This document shows, piece after piece, positions 29,472 to 37,662 of a DNA stretch of 38,640 bases (position 1 is the stretch's first letter; the number at the start of each line of letters is the position of its first letter). The position numbers were made by a program, and so were the translations under genes. The stretch lies in NCBI GenBank assembly GCA_018896815.1, contig JAHILY010000020.1, positions 1 to 38,640 of the forward strand, given 5' to 3'. Source of the stretch: Candidatus Omnitrophota bacterium. Lineage in GTDB: Bacteria; Omnitrophota; Gorgyraeia; Gorgyraeales; Gorgyraeaceae. The notes below the pieces were generated by a model, which was not told the DNA's origin, ran no database searches, and saw only the letters and a list, made by a program, of their open reading frames with translations.

Positions 29472-29541
29472 ATTCCCTTCGCGGGAATGACAAGAGGAAT
29501 GCGGGAATGACAATATAGATTCCCGCTTTCGCGGGAATGAC
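29469..29541 (+). repeat. 2.5 tandem copies of the same hairpin repeat, starting on the GIY-YIG stop codon
   Basis: TAGATTCCCTTCGCGGGAATGAC (29469-29491), partial GAGGAATGCGGGAATGAC (29494-29511), and TAGATTCCCGCTTTCGCGGGAATGAC (29516-29541). Confidence 0.75.
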
Positions 29542-29612
29542 CAGTGGGCTGAGCAGAAGACAGCGTGTGTTTTCTATTGATTTTATATACGAGATAGGGT
29601 AAGATATAACTC

Positions 29613-30905
29613 ATGAGAAAACTATTTGTTTTAGACACGAATGTCTTATTACACAATCCCGATGCGATGAAGGTGTTTGTAGACAATGAAGTTGTCCTGC
29701 CCATTGATGTGATCGAGGAGCTTGATATATTCAAAAAGGACAATGACGAAAAAGGCAGGAATGCCCGCGCAGCTATAAGGACGCTGGATGAATTAAGGGC
29801 GCGCGGTAGATTAGGCAAAGGCGTGCCGCTCGAAAGCGGCGGCACATTGCGCATTGTAATGCACGCAGATATAAAAGGGCTCCTGGATCTTTCGCCAGAG
29901 GTAAGGGATAATAAGATCCTGATGGTTGCCTATGACCTCCAGCAAAAGGGCAACAAGGTAATATTTGTATCAAAGGACATCAATGCAAGGGTCAAGGCAG
30001 ACGCCCTTGGCATAAAGGCAGTTGACTTTGAAAAGCAGAAGGTTGACATTGACCGGCTCTACAGTGGGTGGAAAGAATTACCGGTCAAGGGCAGTGATAT
30101 AGATATTTTTTATAAAAAGAAGTTTCTTGCCGTAAAGATAGATAAGATCTTCCCGAATCAGTATTTTTTTCTTAAGGACGATGCTGATGAAAAACACACG
30201 GCCCTTGCAAGGTTTTCTTCCAGGCAAAATGGCATGGTGCCATTGAGGTCTGATGTGAGTGATGTATGGGGCGTGAAGCCCAGGAACAAAGAGCAGGCAA
30301 TTGCCCTTGATCTTTTAATGGATGACAGTGTAAAGCTGGTGAGCCTGGTCGGAAAGGCAGGCACTGGAAAGACACTTCTGGCATTGGCAGCTGGATTAAA
30401 AAAGACCATTGATGAACATGCCTATAAGAGGATGCTTGTCTCAAGGCCAATAATCCCCATGGGCAGGGACATTGGCTATCTGCCAGGCACTAAAGAAGAA
30501 AAGCTCCTCAACTGGATGCAGCCTATCTATGACAATCTCGAATACATCCTTACCATAAGAAAGAGAAAAGAACACATAGAAGACCTGATTGATTCTGACC
30601 TGGTGCAGTTAGAAGCGCTTACCTATATGAGAGGCCGCAGCATACCAAATCAGTTTATAGTGATTGATGAAGCGCAGAACCTTACTCCGCACGAGATAAA
30701 GACTGTTGTGAGCCGCGCCGGCAATCATACGAAGATGGTATTGACAGGCGACCCTTACCAGATCGACAGTCCCTACCTTGATTCTTCTTCCAATGGCCTT
30801 AGTTATGCAGTAGAGAAGATGAAAGGCCAAGAGATGTTCGGTCATATCCTGCTTACGAGGAACGAGAGATCGAATCTCGCGAGCCTTGCCGCTGAACTCC
30901 TGTGA
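29613..30905 (+). CDS. PIN-domain / PhoH-like ATPase fusion (PhoH2/YlaK type)
   Basis: 430 aa. N-terminal PIN (FVLDTNVLLHNPDA, DNKIL, VSKDINARVKA). PhoH core with Walker A GKAGTGKTLLALAAG and Walker B FIVIDEAQNLTPHE. Confidence 0.85.
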   Translation: MRKLFVLDTNVLLHNPDAMKVFVDNEVVLPIDVIEELDIFKKDNDEKGRNARAAIRTLDELRARGRLGKGVPLESGGTLRIVMHADIKGLLDLSPEVRDNKILMVAYDLQQKGNKVIFVSKDINARVKADALGIKAVDFEKQKVDIDRLYSGWKELPVKGSDIDIFYKKKFLAVKIDKIFPNQYFFLKDDADEKHTALARFSSRQNGMVPLRSDVSDVWGVKPRNKEQAIALDLLMDDSVKLVSLVGKAGTGKTLLALAAGLKKTIDEHAYKRMLVSRPIIPMGRDIGYLPGTKEEKLLNWMQPIYDNLEYILTIRKRKEHIEDLIDSDLVQLEALTYMRGRSIPNQFIVIDEAQNLTPHEIKTVVSRAGNHTKMVLTGDPYQIDSPYLDSSSNGLSYAVEKMKGQEMFGHILLTRNERSNLASLAAELL

Positions 30906-30962
30906 TATTTGAGTATCCTGGTTGCAAGAGCGTAAAGTTAATCGAAAAAATTGCAATCGGTA

Positions 30963-30997
30963 CACCGCGTAGGTGCACGGTGCGCACCTACGCGGTG
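30963..30997. repeat. CACCGCGTAGGTG-family palindrome, copy 2
   Basis: CACCGCGTAGGTGC (30963-30976) / GCACCTACGCGGTG (30984-30997). Confidence 0.7.
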
Positions 30998-31030
30998 GGT
31001 AGTGTCTATAACATACAGTCGACGAGTTTT

Positions 31031-31056
31031 TAGATTCCCACTTTCGTGGGAATGAC
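31031..31056 (+). repeat. Solo copy of the GIY-YIG-associated hairpin repeat
   Basis: TAGATTCCCACTTTCGTGGGAATGAC. Relative to 29516-29541 it carries G>A in the 5' arm and C>T in the 3' arm, which keeps the stem paired. Confidence 0.75.
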
Positions 31057-31103
31057 AGCACCCCCTGATAGCTCACCGATTATAAAAAAATTGAAAAATT
31101 CTA

Positions 31104-31132
31104 TTGACACGATTCTTTAAATACTTTATAAT
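31104..31132 (+). promoter_or_regulatory. Consensus sigma70 promoter of the PKD-protein gene
   Basis: TTGACA (31104-31109), 17-nt spacer, TATAAT (31127-31132). GGGGAGG SD at 31172-31178. Confidence 0.6.
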
Positions 31133-31185
31133 ACTTATTAAATATCGATAAAAATCGTATAAAACCGAACAAGGGGAGGTGCTAT

Positions 31186-33729
31186 ATGCACAGGAAACTT
31201 TTTACACTTACGTTTGCTATCGCAATATTGGTTAGCTTAGCAGTAACAAAACAGGCGTTTTGTTACCGTGTGCCACCAGAAGAGAGTAATATCCGATATC
31301 TATATGTATTCGGAGAAGATGGCAAGAAGAGTTATGGCGCAAAAAAAGAACCACAGGTTGTGTTTGTAAAGATCCCTGCATCTTATACTGGCGAGGTAAA
31401 GGTTTCTGTATATGACCCTGACGCAGGCGGATACATAGACGAAAAGAGCGGGAAATGGAACACCGAGACCCGCTTTTCTATTTTTGGCGGCAAGAAAGCG
31501 TATACATCGATCGCTGGCCTGACAGAAGCAAAGATAGAAGATTTTTATCAGGGCACATTGATCCAGGCAGAAAAATTTTCAGAAGATAAAAAATATGATA
31601 AAAAGTTTTTCCATTTTTCACCATTGAGCGCTTCACAGGGTGAGAAGGTGGGGGATTTTGTATATTTCAAGATAGTTGCAGAAGGCCTTTCAGGAGACGA
31701 CAACAATGTGTTTTCTTTGGAGGTGTCTCCTGAGACAGTAGAGGCATTTGCTTATTCTTTAAACCTGAGATTGGCAGAGAGTCGCGGCACAAAGATGGCG
31801 CTTTATCCAGAAATACCAGAGAGCGCGGCCAAGATAGTGGAATACAATTTTGACCTCGATGCATCTGGCGGGGCCATTGAGCTGTTTAGCGCATCCAAGG
31901 CATACAGGATAAAAGGTTCCAGCACTGGCATGTGGGCAAATACAAAGATAGACGTCCCGAAGAAAGATGCTGGTAAAAGATGGGTATATGAAATAACGAA
32001 GGCGACCCAGCCGAATGCAAACATGGCAATGTACCTTGCCAGCAGTGACGGTAATGCCATACCTGTATATTTTACACCAGGTGAAAGCGGGCCAAAGAGG
32101 GTATTTGTTGAGAAGAGGGTAGAAAAGGCAAAAGAGCCATGGCTGGAGTCAAAGATATCATGCAATACATTTACATTTGACGGATCTAAATCACATGACC
32201 CTGACAACCAGGCATTGGTTTATTTCTGGGATTTCGGTGACGGGACCACAAGCACTGAAGTGAGAGATATGCATACCTATAAGGATGCAGGCAAGTATCT
32301 TGTCCAGCTGACTGTCACAGATAATTCAGAGGCAGAGTGTAATACTGCTACGACACAGCAGTTAGTAAAGGTCAACCAGCCACCGTGCGCAGTGGCAGAA
32401 GGCCCAGAGATATCATGCGTGAATGACAAGATCGCTTTTGATGGCGCTCAGTCAACAGATAGTCCTGAGGACAAATTGACGTATAAATGGGACTTTGGCG
32501 ACGGAGAAACAGCAGAAGGCGCAAAGGTAGAGCATAAATACGCAAAGGGCGGAAATTATTTAGTCACCCTTACTGTAACAGATGATTCAGGCACTATATG
32601 CGACACTGGCACAGACACATTGAATATAGCGGTCAATACAGCGCCTGTTGCAGATGCCGGGAAGGACCTGATTTTATGCAAGGTCAATCCAAGCGACCTG
32701 CTTGAGATTATGTTTGACGCAGGAAAGTCAAAGGATGCTGATGGAGACAAGCTGACTTATGTGTGGGACTTTGGCGACGGAGAAACAGCAGAAGGCAAAA
32801 GCGTGACACATAGATATGCAAAGGGCGGCGAGTACATAGCGAAACTCCTGGTCACTGACAACACAGACACAGATTGTAATAAATCCACTTCTACGAGAAA
32901 AGTTGTATTAAATAGATCACCGTTGGCGAGTGCAGGAGAGGATCAGGCAATATGCCTGGCAGATAAGGCTGAGTTCGATGCAGCGCTTTCACTGGACAAC
33001 GACGGAGATACGCTTTCCTATACATGGGACTTTGGAGATGGCAAGACTGGAAAAGGGGAAAAGGTCTCTCATAAATACGTAAAGGGCGGCGCCTATAAGG
33101 TAAACCTGATAGTAGATGACGATAGCGGCACAGAATGTTCCAGCGCCTCTAAGGCCATAACAGTAGATGTAAACTCTACGCCTACTGCAAGGGTCGAGGC
33201 TGAAGAAATCGCCTGCGTCAAAGACGATATAAAGTTTGATGGCGCCTCGTCAAGTGATCCAGACGGTGACAAGATGAGTTATACATGGGATTTTGGCGAT
33301 GGCTCTACAGCCAGCGGGTCCAATGTAAAGCACGATTATTCAGAAGGCGGATTATATAAGGTAAGGCTTTTTGTGGACGATAGCAAAGGAAGTGAGTGTT
33401 CAGGTTCGACAAATGTCCATTATGTAAGCGTAAATACACCTCCTGTGGCAGAGGCTGGTCCAGACCTTATGGTCTGCGTTACTGATGAGATAGAGTTTGA
33501 CGCGACAGATTCATATGATGCAGACAATGACGATCTAAAGTATGTCTGGGATTTTGGTGATGGACAGACTGCATCAGGACCAAAGGTGACGCACGCATAT
33601 AATCAGATAGGTACATACAAGGTCACATTGAGCGTGACTGACGATTCAGGGACAGAATGCAGCATTGCGACTGACACCCTTGTTGCTACGGTCAATGCCG
33701 AGCCGATACCGGTTATAGAAGTGATTTGA
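31186..33729 (+). CDS. Secreted protein: N-terminal ~325-aa region of unrecognised fold plus six tandem PKD modules
   Basis: 847 aa. Signal-like MHRKLFTLTFAIAILVSLAVTKQAF. Six W/Y-x-WDFGDG-x-T motifs, each followed by H-x-Y-x-x-G-x-Y-x-V-x-L-x-V-x-D. Confidence 0.8.
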   Translation: MHRKLFTLTFAIAILVSLAVTKQAFCYRVPPEESNIRYLYVFGEDGKKSYGAKKEPQVVFVKIPASYTGEVKVSVYDPDAGGYIDEKSGKWNTETRFSIFGGKKAYTSIAGLTEAKIEDFYQGTLIQAEKFSEDKKYDKKFFHFSPLSASQGEKVGDFVYFKIVAEGLSGDDNNVFSLEVSPETVEAFAYSLNLRLAESRGTKMALYPEIPESAAKIVEYNFDLDASGGAIELFSASKAYRIKGSSTGMWANTKIDVPKKDAGKRWVYEITKATQPNANMAMYLASSDGNAIPVYFTPGESGPKRVFVEKRVEKAKEPWLESKISCNTFTFDGSKSHDPDNQALVYFWDFGDGTTSTEVRDMHTYKDAGKYLVQLTVTDNSEAECNTATTQQLVKVNQPPCAVAEGPEISCVNDKIAFDGAQSTDSPEDKLTYKWDFGDGETAEGAKVEHKYAKGGNYLVTLTVTDDSGTICDTGTDTLNIAVNTAPVADAGKDLILCKVNPSDLLEIMFDAGKSKDADGDKLTYVWDFGDGETAEGKSVTHRYAKGGEYIAKLLVTDNTDTDCNKSTSTRKVVLNRSPLASAGEDQAICLADKAEFDAALSLDNDGDTLSYTWDFGDGKTGKGEKVSHKYVKGGAYKVNLIVDDDSGTECSSASKAITVDVNSTPTARVEAEEIACVKDDIKFDGASSSDPDGDKMSYTWDFGDGSTASGSNVKHDYSEGGLYKVRLFVDDSKGSECSGSTNVHYVSVNTPPVAEAGPDLMVCVTDEIEFDATDSYDADNDDLKYVWDFGDGQTASGPKVTHAYNQIGTYKVTLSVTDDSGTECSIATDTLVATVNAEPIPVIEVI
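32161..33714 (+). repeat. Six tandem PKD-coding repeats (about 85-92 codons each)
   Basis: WDFGDG recurs six times. The 33-mer TGGGACTTTGGCGACGGAGAAACAGCAGAAGGC is identical at 32488-32520 and 32764-32796, which are 276 nt apart. Confidence 0.75.
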
Positions 33730-33762
33730 GGACATAATCCGCCTAAGGCGGACGAATTTGAG

Positions 33763-33813
33763 AGGCCCTACGTTATAATTGTTTGAGATAACAGTTTGCG
33801 CAGGGCCTTTTTT
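33763..33813 (+). terminator. Terminator-like hairpin after the PKD gene
   Basis: AGGCCCT (33763-33769) / AGGGCCT (33802-33808) followed by T6. It is preceded by the small hairpin TCCGCC-TAA-GGCGGA. Confidence 0.55.
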
Positions 33814-33818
33814 ATGGT

Positions 33819-35897
33819 ATGCTGATACTTATGACAAAAAAGCAGATTCTATTGATACTTTTATTTACACTGGCAGCATTTTTCATCGCATACCCATGCC
33901 TTGCTGAGACAAAGGAGCTTACCATTGTTTTCTCTGGTGATATGCGGGGCGAGCTGGAGAATTGTCACTGTCCAAAGGATGATTTTGGCGGCCTGCCGAG
34001 GAGGGCCGAGTACATAGCCGAGGTCCGGGAAGACGAAGATGATGTGCTGCTCTTAGACGTAGGCGACGTCCTGCCTTTACGCACACCAGATATTGACGAA
34101 ATGACAATAAAGTATGACGCCTTTATTTCATTTAAGGCAATGGACATCATGGGGTATGATGTGATGAATATAGGCGAGAGCGACCTGATCCTCGGCGAAG
34201 AATTCTTAGAACAGAAGACAGAAAATCTTTCCTTTCCTTTAATATCCGCAAATATTGTAGATAAATTCACTGGTTCACCTCATTTCAGGCCATATGTAAT
34301 AAAGACAATGGAGAATGGCCTGCGGGTAGGCATTCTGGGACTCGTAAACCAGAGGTATGTGATAAATTCTGATAAGCTGGACATCCTTTCATACATTGAG
34401 AGCGCTGATAGATATGTCGAGGATTTAAGATCAGAGAGTGATATAGTCATAGTGCTTGGGCACCTGGGCCTGCCATATTCAGAACACCTGGCAGAGGCAG
34501 TAGAAGGCATTGATGTGATACTGAACGGGCACTGGGATGTGGATAGCCAGGAGCCGATATTGATTGGGAAGACGCTGGTCATGTCAACAACGTATCACTC
34601 AAGAAAGATCGGAAGGCTGGACCTGAAGATAAAAAATGGCGCCGTTGCTTCGTATACCTGGGAATCCACACCGCTCGATGAAACATATGACGGAAATATT
34701 GTAATCAATAATCTGGTTTCACGATTCCCCAGCAAGACAGGTGAGGCCAGCAAGGTAAACTTTGCAATGATAGAAAAACTGGCAGACCAGAGGCCATTAA
34801 GGGTATCTGTTTTTTATTCCCCCGGGTGCAGGGCCTGCATGGAGATAGACAGGGACATATTGCCAGGCATAGAAGAAAAATACGGACAAGACATAGTGAT
34901 AAAGCACTATGATGTGAGCCTGATGAATAATTATGAGCAGATGGTTAAATTAGAAAAGCTCTATGGCATAGAAGGCGGGTATGTCCCGGAGGTCATAGTA
35001 GCGAGAAATGTCTTAATGGGTAAAGAAGAGATAGTTTCGCGATTAGACAGTGTTATCCAGGAAGCCCTGGCCGATGCGCCTGATTTAAAAAAAAACGAAG
35101 AAATAGACTTAGAAGCAGTCCAGTACCAGCCCCCGGCATCATCAATAATCCTATCCAGATTTGAATCCTTAAGCGTATACGCAGTCCTGGCAGCGGGCCT
35201 CTTAGATGGCGTTAATCCATGCGCATTTACTACCATTGTATTTTTTATTTCGTTTCTGGCATTTGTCGGATACAAAAGGCGCGAGATGTTTTTTGCCGGC
35301 CTGTCTTTTGCGTTCGCAGTCTTTATTACGTATTTACTGATCGGGCTGGGTATATTCAGATTCTTAAGGGCAATGCATGGATTTCATCATGTTACACTGA
35401 TACTCAATATATTCATAGCTGGCCTTGCGCTTTTACTGGGCGTCCTGAGCCTTGTGGATTACTTTCGATATAGAAAGACCAGGGATAGTAAAGACGTGAT
35501 GCTGAAGCTGCCGCAGGCCATAAAGAACAGGATCCATTCTGTAATAGGCGCTGATTTTAGAGACAAAAAGTCCAGCTTCTTAAAGATCATATGGATTGCC
35601 TTTACAGCTGGTTTTATAGTGTCCATACTCGAATCTTTTTGCACAGGCCAGGTATATTTGCCTACAATCGCGTTTGTGCTCAGGATGCCGGAAAAAAAGA
35701 TCTCCGCATTTTTATATCTCATCATCTACAACCTGTCATTTATCCTGCCGCTCATAGCTGTGCTTCTCTTAGGCCTTTTCGGCACGACCTCCAAGACTTT
35801 CACCAAATTCATGCAAAACCGTCTCGGCCTCGTCAAACTCGCAACCGCCGCACTGTTTTTATTCCTCGGAGCAACTCTCCTAATCTTTAGCTGGTAA
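33819..35897 (+). CDS. Fusion protein: signal peptide, 5'-nucleotidase/metallophosphoesterase-like domain with degenerate catalytic motifs, thioredoxin-like CxxC domain, DsbD/CcdA-like transmembrane domain
   Basis: 692 aa. LTIVFSGDMRGELENCHCP, LLLDVGD, MNIGESDL and VLGHLG fall where the calcineurin-like motifs are expected. VSVFYSPGCRACMEID is a Trx-fold CxxC. TM helices carry LLDGVNPCAFTTIVFF and ILESFCTGQVYLP. The start could be the second ATG at 33831. Confidence 0.65.
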   Translation: MLILMTKKQILLILLFTLAAFFIAYPCLAETKELTIVFSGDMRGELENCHCPKDDFGGLPRRAEYIAEVREDEDDVLLLDVGDVLPLRTPDIDEMTIKYDAFISFKAMDIMGYDVMNIGESDLILGEEFLEQKTENLSFPLISANIVDKFTGSPHFRPYVIKTMENGLRVGILGLVNQRYVINSDKLDILSYIESADRYVEDLRSESDIVIVLGHLGLPYSEHLAEAVEGIDVILNGHWDVDSQEPILIGKTLVMSTTYHSRKIGRLDLKIKNGAVASYTWESTPLDETYDGNIVINNLVSRFPSKTGEASKVNFAMIEKLADQRPLRVSVFYSPGCRACMEIDRDILPGIEEKYGQDIVIKHYDVSLMNNYEQMVKLEKLYGIEGGYVPEVIVARNVLMGKEEIVSRLDSVIQEALADAPDLKKNEEIDLEAVQYQPPASSIILSRFESLSVYAVLAAGLLDGVNPCAFTTIVFFISFLAFVGYKRREMFFAGLSFAFAVFITYLLIGLGIFRFLRAMHGFHHVTLILNIFIAGLALLLGVLSLVDYFRYRKTRDSKDVMLKLPQAIKNRIHSVIGADFRDKKSSFLKIIWIAFTAGFIVSILESFCTGQVYLPTIAFVLRMPEKKISAFLYLIIYNLSFILPLIAVLLLGLFGTTSKTFTKFMQNRLGLVKLATAALFLFLGATLLIFSW

Positions 35898-35951
35898 AAT
35901 TTAATATTTGACGCGGGGCCAGTTATAGAATAGACTTATTGTAGTTACTTT

Positions 35952-35985
35952 CACCGCGTAGGCGTATTGATACACCTACGCGGTG
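35952..35985. repeat. CACCGCGTAGGTG-family palindrome, copy 3
   Basis: CACCGCGTAGG (35952-35962) / CCTACGCGGTG (35975-35985). Confidence 0.65.
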
Positions 35986-36002
35986 TATATGGTATCTAAT
36001 AT

Positions 36003-36791
36003 ATGAATAAATTATATATATATCCAATAATATTATTTCTTTTTCTCGCCATGTCCGGCTGTGTAAATCGGGAGTATAATACAGCCACGGGCAGGGATGA
36101 TATTATGTTTGTCAGCACTGAGTCTGAGATCAAGATGGGACGCAGTATAGCTGAGAGCATTGAGAAGAGTCCTGACATAGACCTGGACCCTGACCCATTG
36201 ATGACAAAGAGATTAGAGGAGATAGGCCGGTCAATAGCCTCTGTCAGCGACAGAAAAGAGGTCAGCTATACCTTTAGGGTGGTGGACAAGGATGATGTGA
36301 ATGCATTTGCCCTGCCAGGCGGGTATATCTTTGTTTTTAGAGGCCTCATAGAAAAGGTAGAGAGTGACGATGAACTCGCCTCTGTGATAGCGCATGAAGT
36401 GGCCCATGTTGTGGCCAGGCATTCTGTGAAGCGTTATCAAGGCGGGCTTGGATATACAGTGCTGCAGATACTCATGGTTGCGACTGGCGCAGGCGCGACT
36501 GAGGCAAGGAATACCAATGCTGCAATCGGACAGATGGTCATGTCATATTCAAGGGAGGACGAGGCGCTGGCAGACAGGATGGCCATCAAGTATTTGAAAA
36601 AGGCAGGTTATGACCCTATGGCAATGCTGAGCTTTCTTAAGAAAATGCAAGAGGTGCATCGGGATGCGCCAATAAGGCAGTATTCCAGCTATCGTTCGCA
36701 TCCCATGATAGCTGACAGGATACGTATGGTCAAAGAAGAGCTTACAGGAGAGGTGAATTTTACAGACTATATGAATAAGCCGGTGGAATGA
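36003..36791 (+). CDS. M48-family zinc metalloprotease lipoprotein
   Basis: 262 aa. Lipobox LFLAMSGC. NAFALPGGYIFVFRGL. HExxH is present in IAHEVAHVVARH. Confidence 0.85.
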   Translation: MNKLYIYPIILFLFLAMSGCVNREYNTATGRDDIMFVSTESEIKMGRSIAESIEKSPDIDLDPDPLMTKRLEEIGRSIASVSDRKEVSYTFRVVDKDDVNAFALPGGYIFVFRGLIEKVESDDELASVIAHEVAHVVARHSVKRYQGGLGYTVLQILMVATGAGATEARNTNAAIGQMVMSYSREDEALADRMAIKYLKKAGYDPMAMLSFLKKMQEVHRDAPIRQYSSYRSHPMIADRIRMVKEELTGEVNFTDYMNKPVE

Positions 36792-36795
36792 GGCC

Positions 36796-36865
36796 ATCCC
36801 CCCTGCTTTCTTGCCCCCTGAAATTGCATTCGCAATTTCTATGGGCGAAAGCAAACAGGGGGGAT
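36796..36865. repeat. C6TG...CAG6 palindromic element, copy C
   Basis: ATCCCCCCTGCTTTCTTGCCC ... GGGCGAAAGCAAACAGGGGGGAT encloses GAAATTGC-ATTC-GCAATTTC. Confidence 0.6.
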
Positions 36866-36900
36866 AATTCGCACTTTCATAGAAGCAAAACAGAGAAGAT

Positions 36901-36935
36901 CAAGTTATGAAAAATCAAAGATTTTTCATAACTTG
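36901..36935 (+). promoter_or_regulatory. Perfect 16-bp hairpin in the LOG upstream region
   Basis: CAAGTTATGAAAAATC - AAA - GATTTTTCATAACTTG. Confidence 0.4.
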
Positions 36936-36958
36936 AGTGCTCATTAAAGGAGATATAG

Positions 36959-37639
36959 ATGTCCAGGATCTACGACTTTACAAAAGAAGAGCCATGGCGT
37001 ATATTCAGGATCATGGCTGAATTTGTGGATGGGTTTGATGAGTTGTCTAAGATAGGTGATGCTGTTACTGTCTTTGGTTCAGCCAGGACAAAGCCCGCAG
37101 ATAAATACTATAAGCTGGCTGAGGAGACAGCCGCGCTTTTGGCCAGGAACAACCTTGCCGTGATTACCGGCGCTGGGCCTGGAATAATGGAGGCGGCAAA
37201 TAAGGGCGCCAAGGCCGCAGGAGGTGTTTCCATTGGCCTCAACATACAGGTCCCGATACTCCAGAAACCAAACGAGTTTATTACAAAGCTTATAGAATTC
37301 AGGTATTTCTTTTGCAGAAAGGTCATGTTTGTAAAATATGCAAAGGCATTTGTCATATTTCCAGGAGGATTTGGGACCATGGACGAGTTTTTCGAGTCAA
37401 TAACCCTTATCCAGACCTTGAGGATAGAGAAATTCCCGGTCATACTAATGGGCAGCGAATACTGGAAGGGCCTGATTGACTGGATGAAGCAAGGCATGCT
37501 CGAAGAAGACCGTGTAGAGAAAAAAGACCTTAGCCTGTTTTCTATTGTAGACAAGCCTGAAGATGTCTTGAAGACAATAAAGGATTTTTATAATTCGCAG
37601 CCGCATAATTCGCAGACGCACTTGACATCTTCGATGTAA
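36959..37639 (+). CDS. LOG-family (TIGR00730-type) nucleotide phosphoribohydrolase
   Basis: 226 aa. VFGSART, ITGAGPGIMEAANKGA, and the signature PGGFGTMDEFFE. AAAGGAG SD. Confidence 0.85.
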   Translation: MSRIYDFTKEEPWRIFRIMAEFVDGFDELSKIGDAVTVFGSARTKPADKYYKLAEETAALLARNNLAVITGAGPGIMEAANKGAKAAGGVSIGLNIQVPILQKPNEFITKLIEFRYFFCRKVMFVKYAKAFVIFPGGFGTMDEFFESITLIQTLRIEKFPVILMGSEYWKGLIDWMKQGMLEEDRVEKKDLSLFSIVDKPEDVLKTIKDFYNSQPHNSQTHLTSSM

Positions 37640-37662
37640 AGTGCTACAAGTTATTAAAGGAG

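Larger units (their letters stand above)
29042..29563. mobile_element. GIY-YIG cassette enclosed by two nested inverted-repeat pairs
   Basis: Outer pair is CTGTCTCTGCTCAGCCCACTGG (29042-29063) and the reverse complement of CCAGTGGGCTGAGCAGAAGACAG (29541-29563), differing by one indel. The inner pair is the 26-nt hairpin repeat in opposite orientations at 29151-29176 and 29469-29541. Confidence 0.45.

Noticed and set aside
29469-29541. Possible CRISPR array (short hairpin repeats in tandem). The same question arose for 25364-25549.
   Set aside because: There are only 2-3 irregular copies. The spacers are 2-6 nt at 29469 and are themselves repeats at 25364. There are no cas genes. The units are palindromic REP-like hairpins.
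36907-36936. 9-codon mini-ORF (MKNQRFFIT) inside the perfect hairpin upstream of the LOG gene
   Set aside because: It has no SD, and the sequence is fully explained by the palindrome. There is no basis for calling it a leader peptide.
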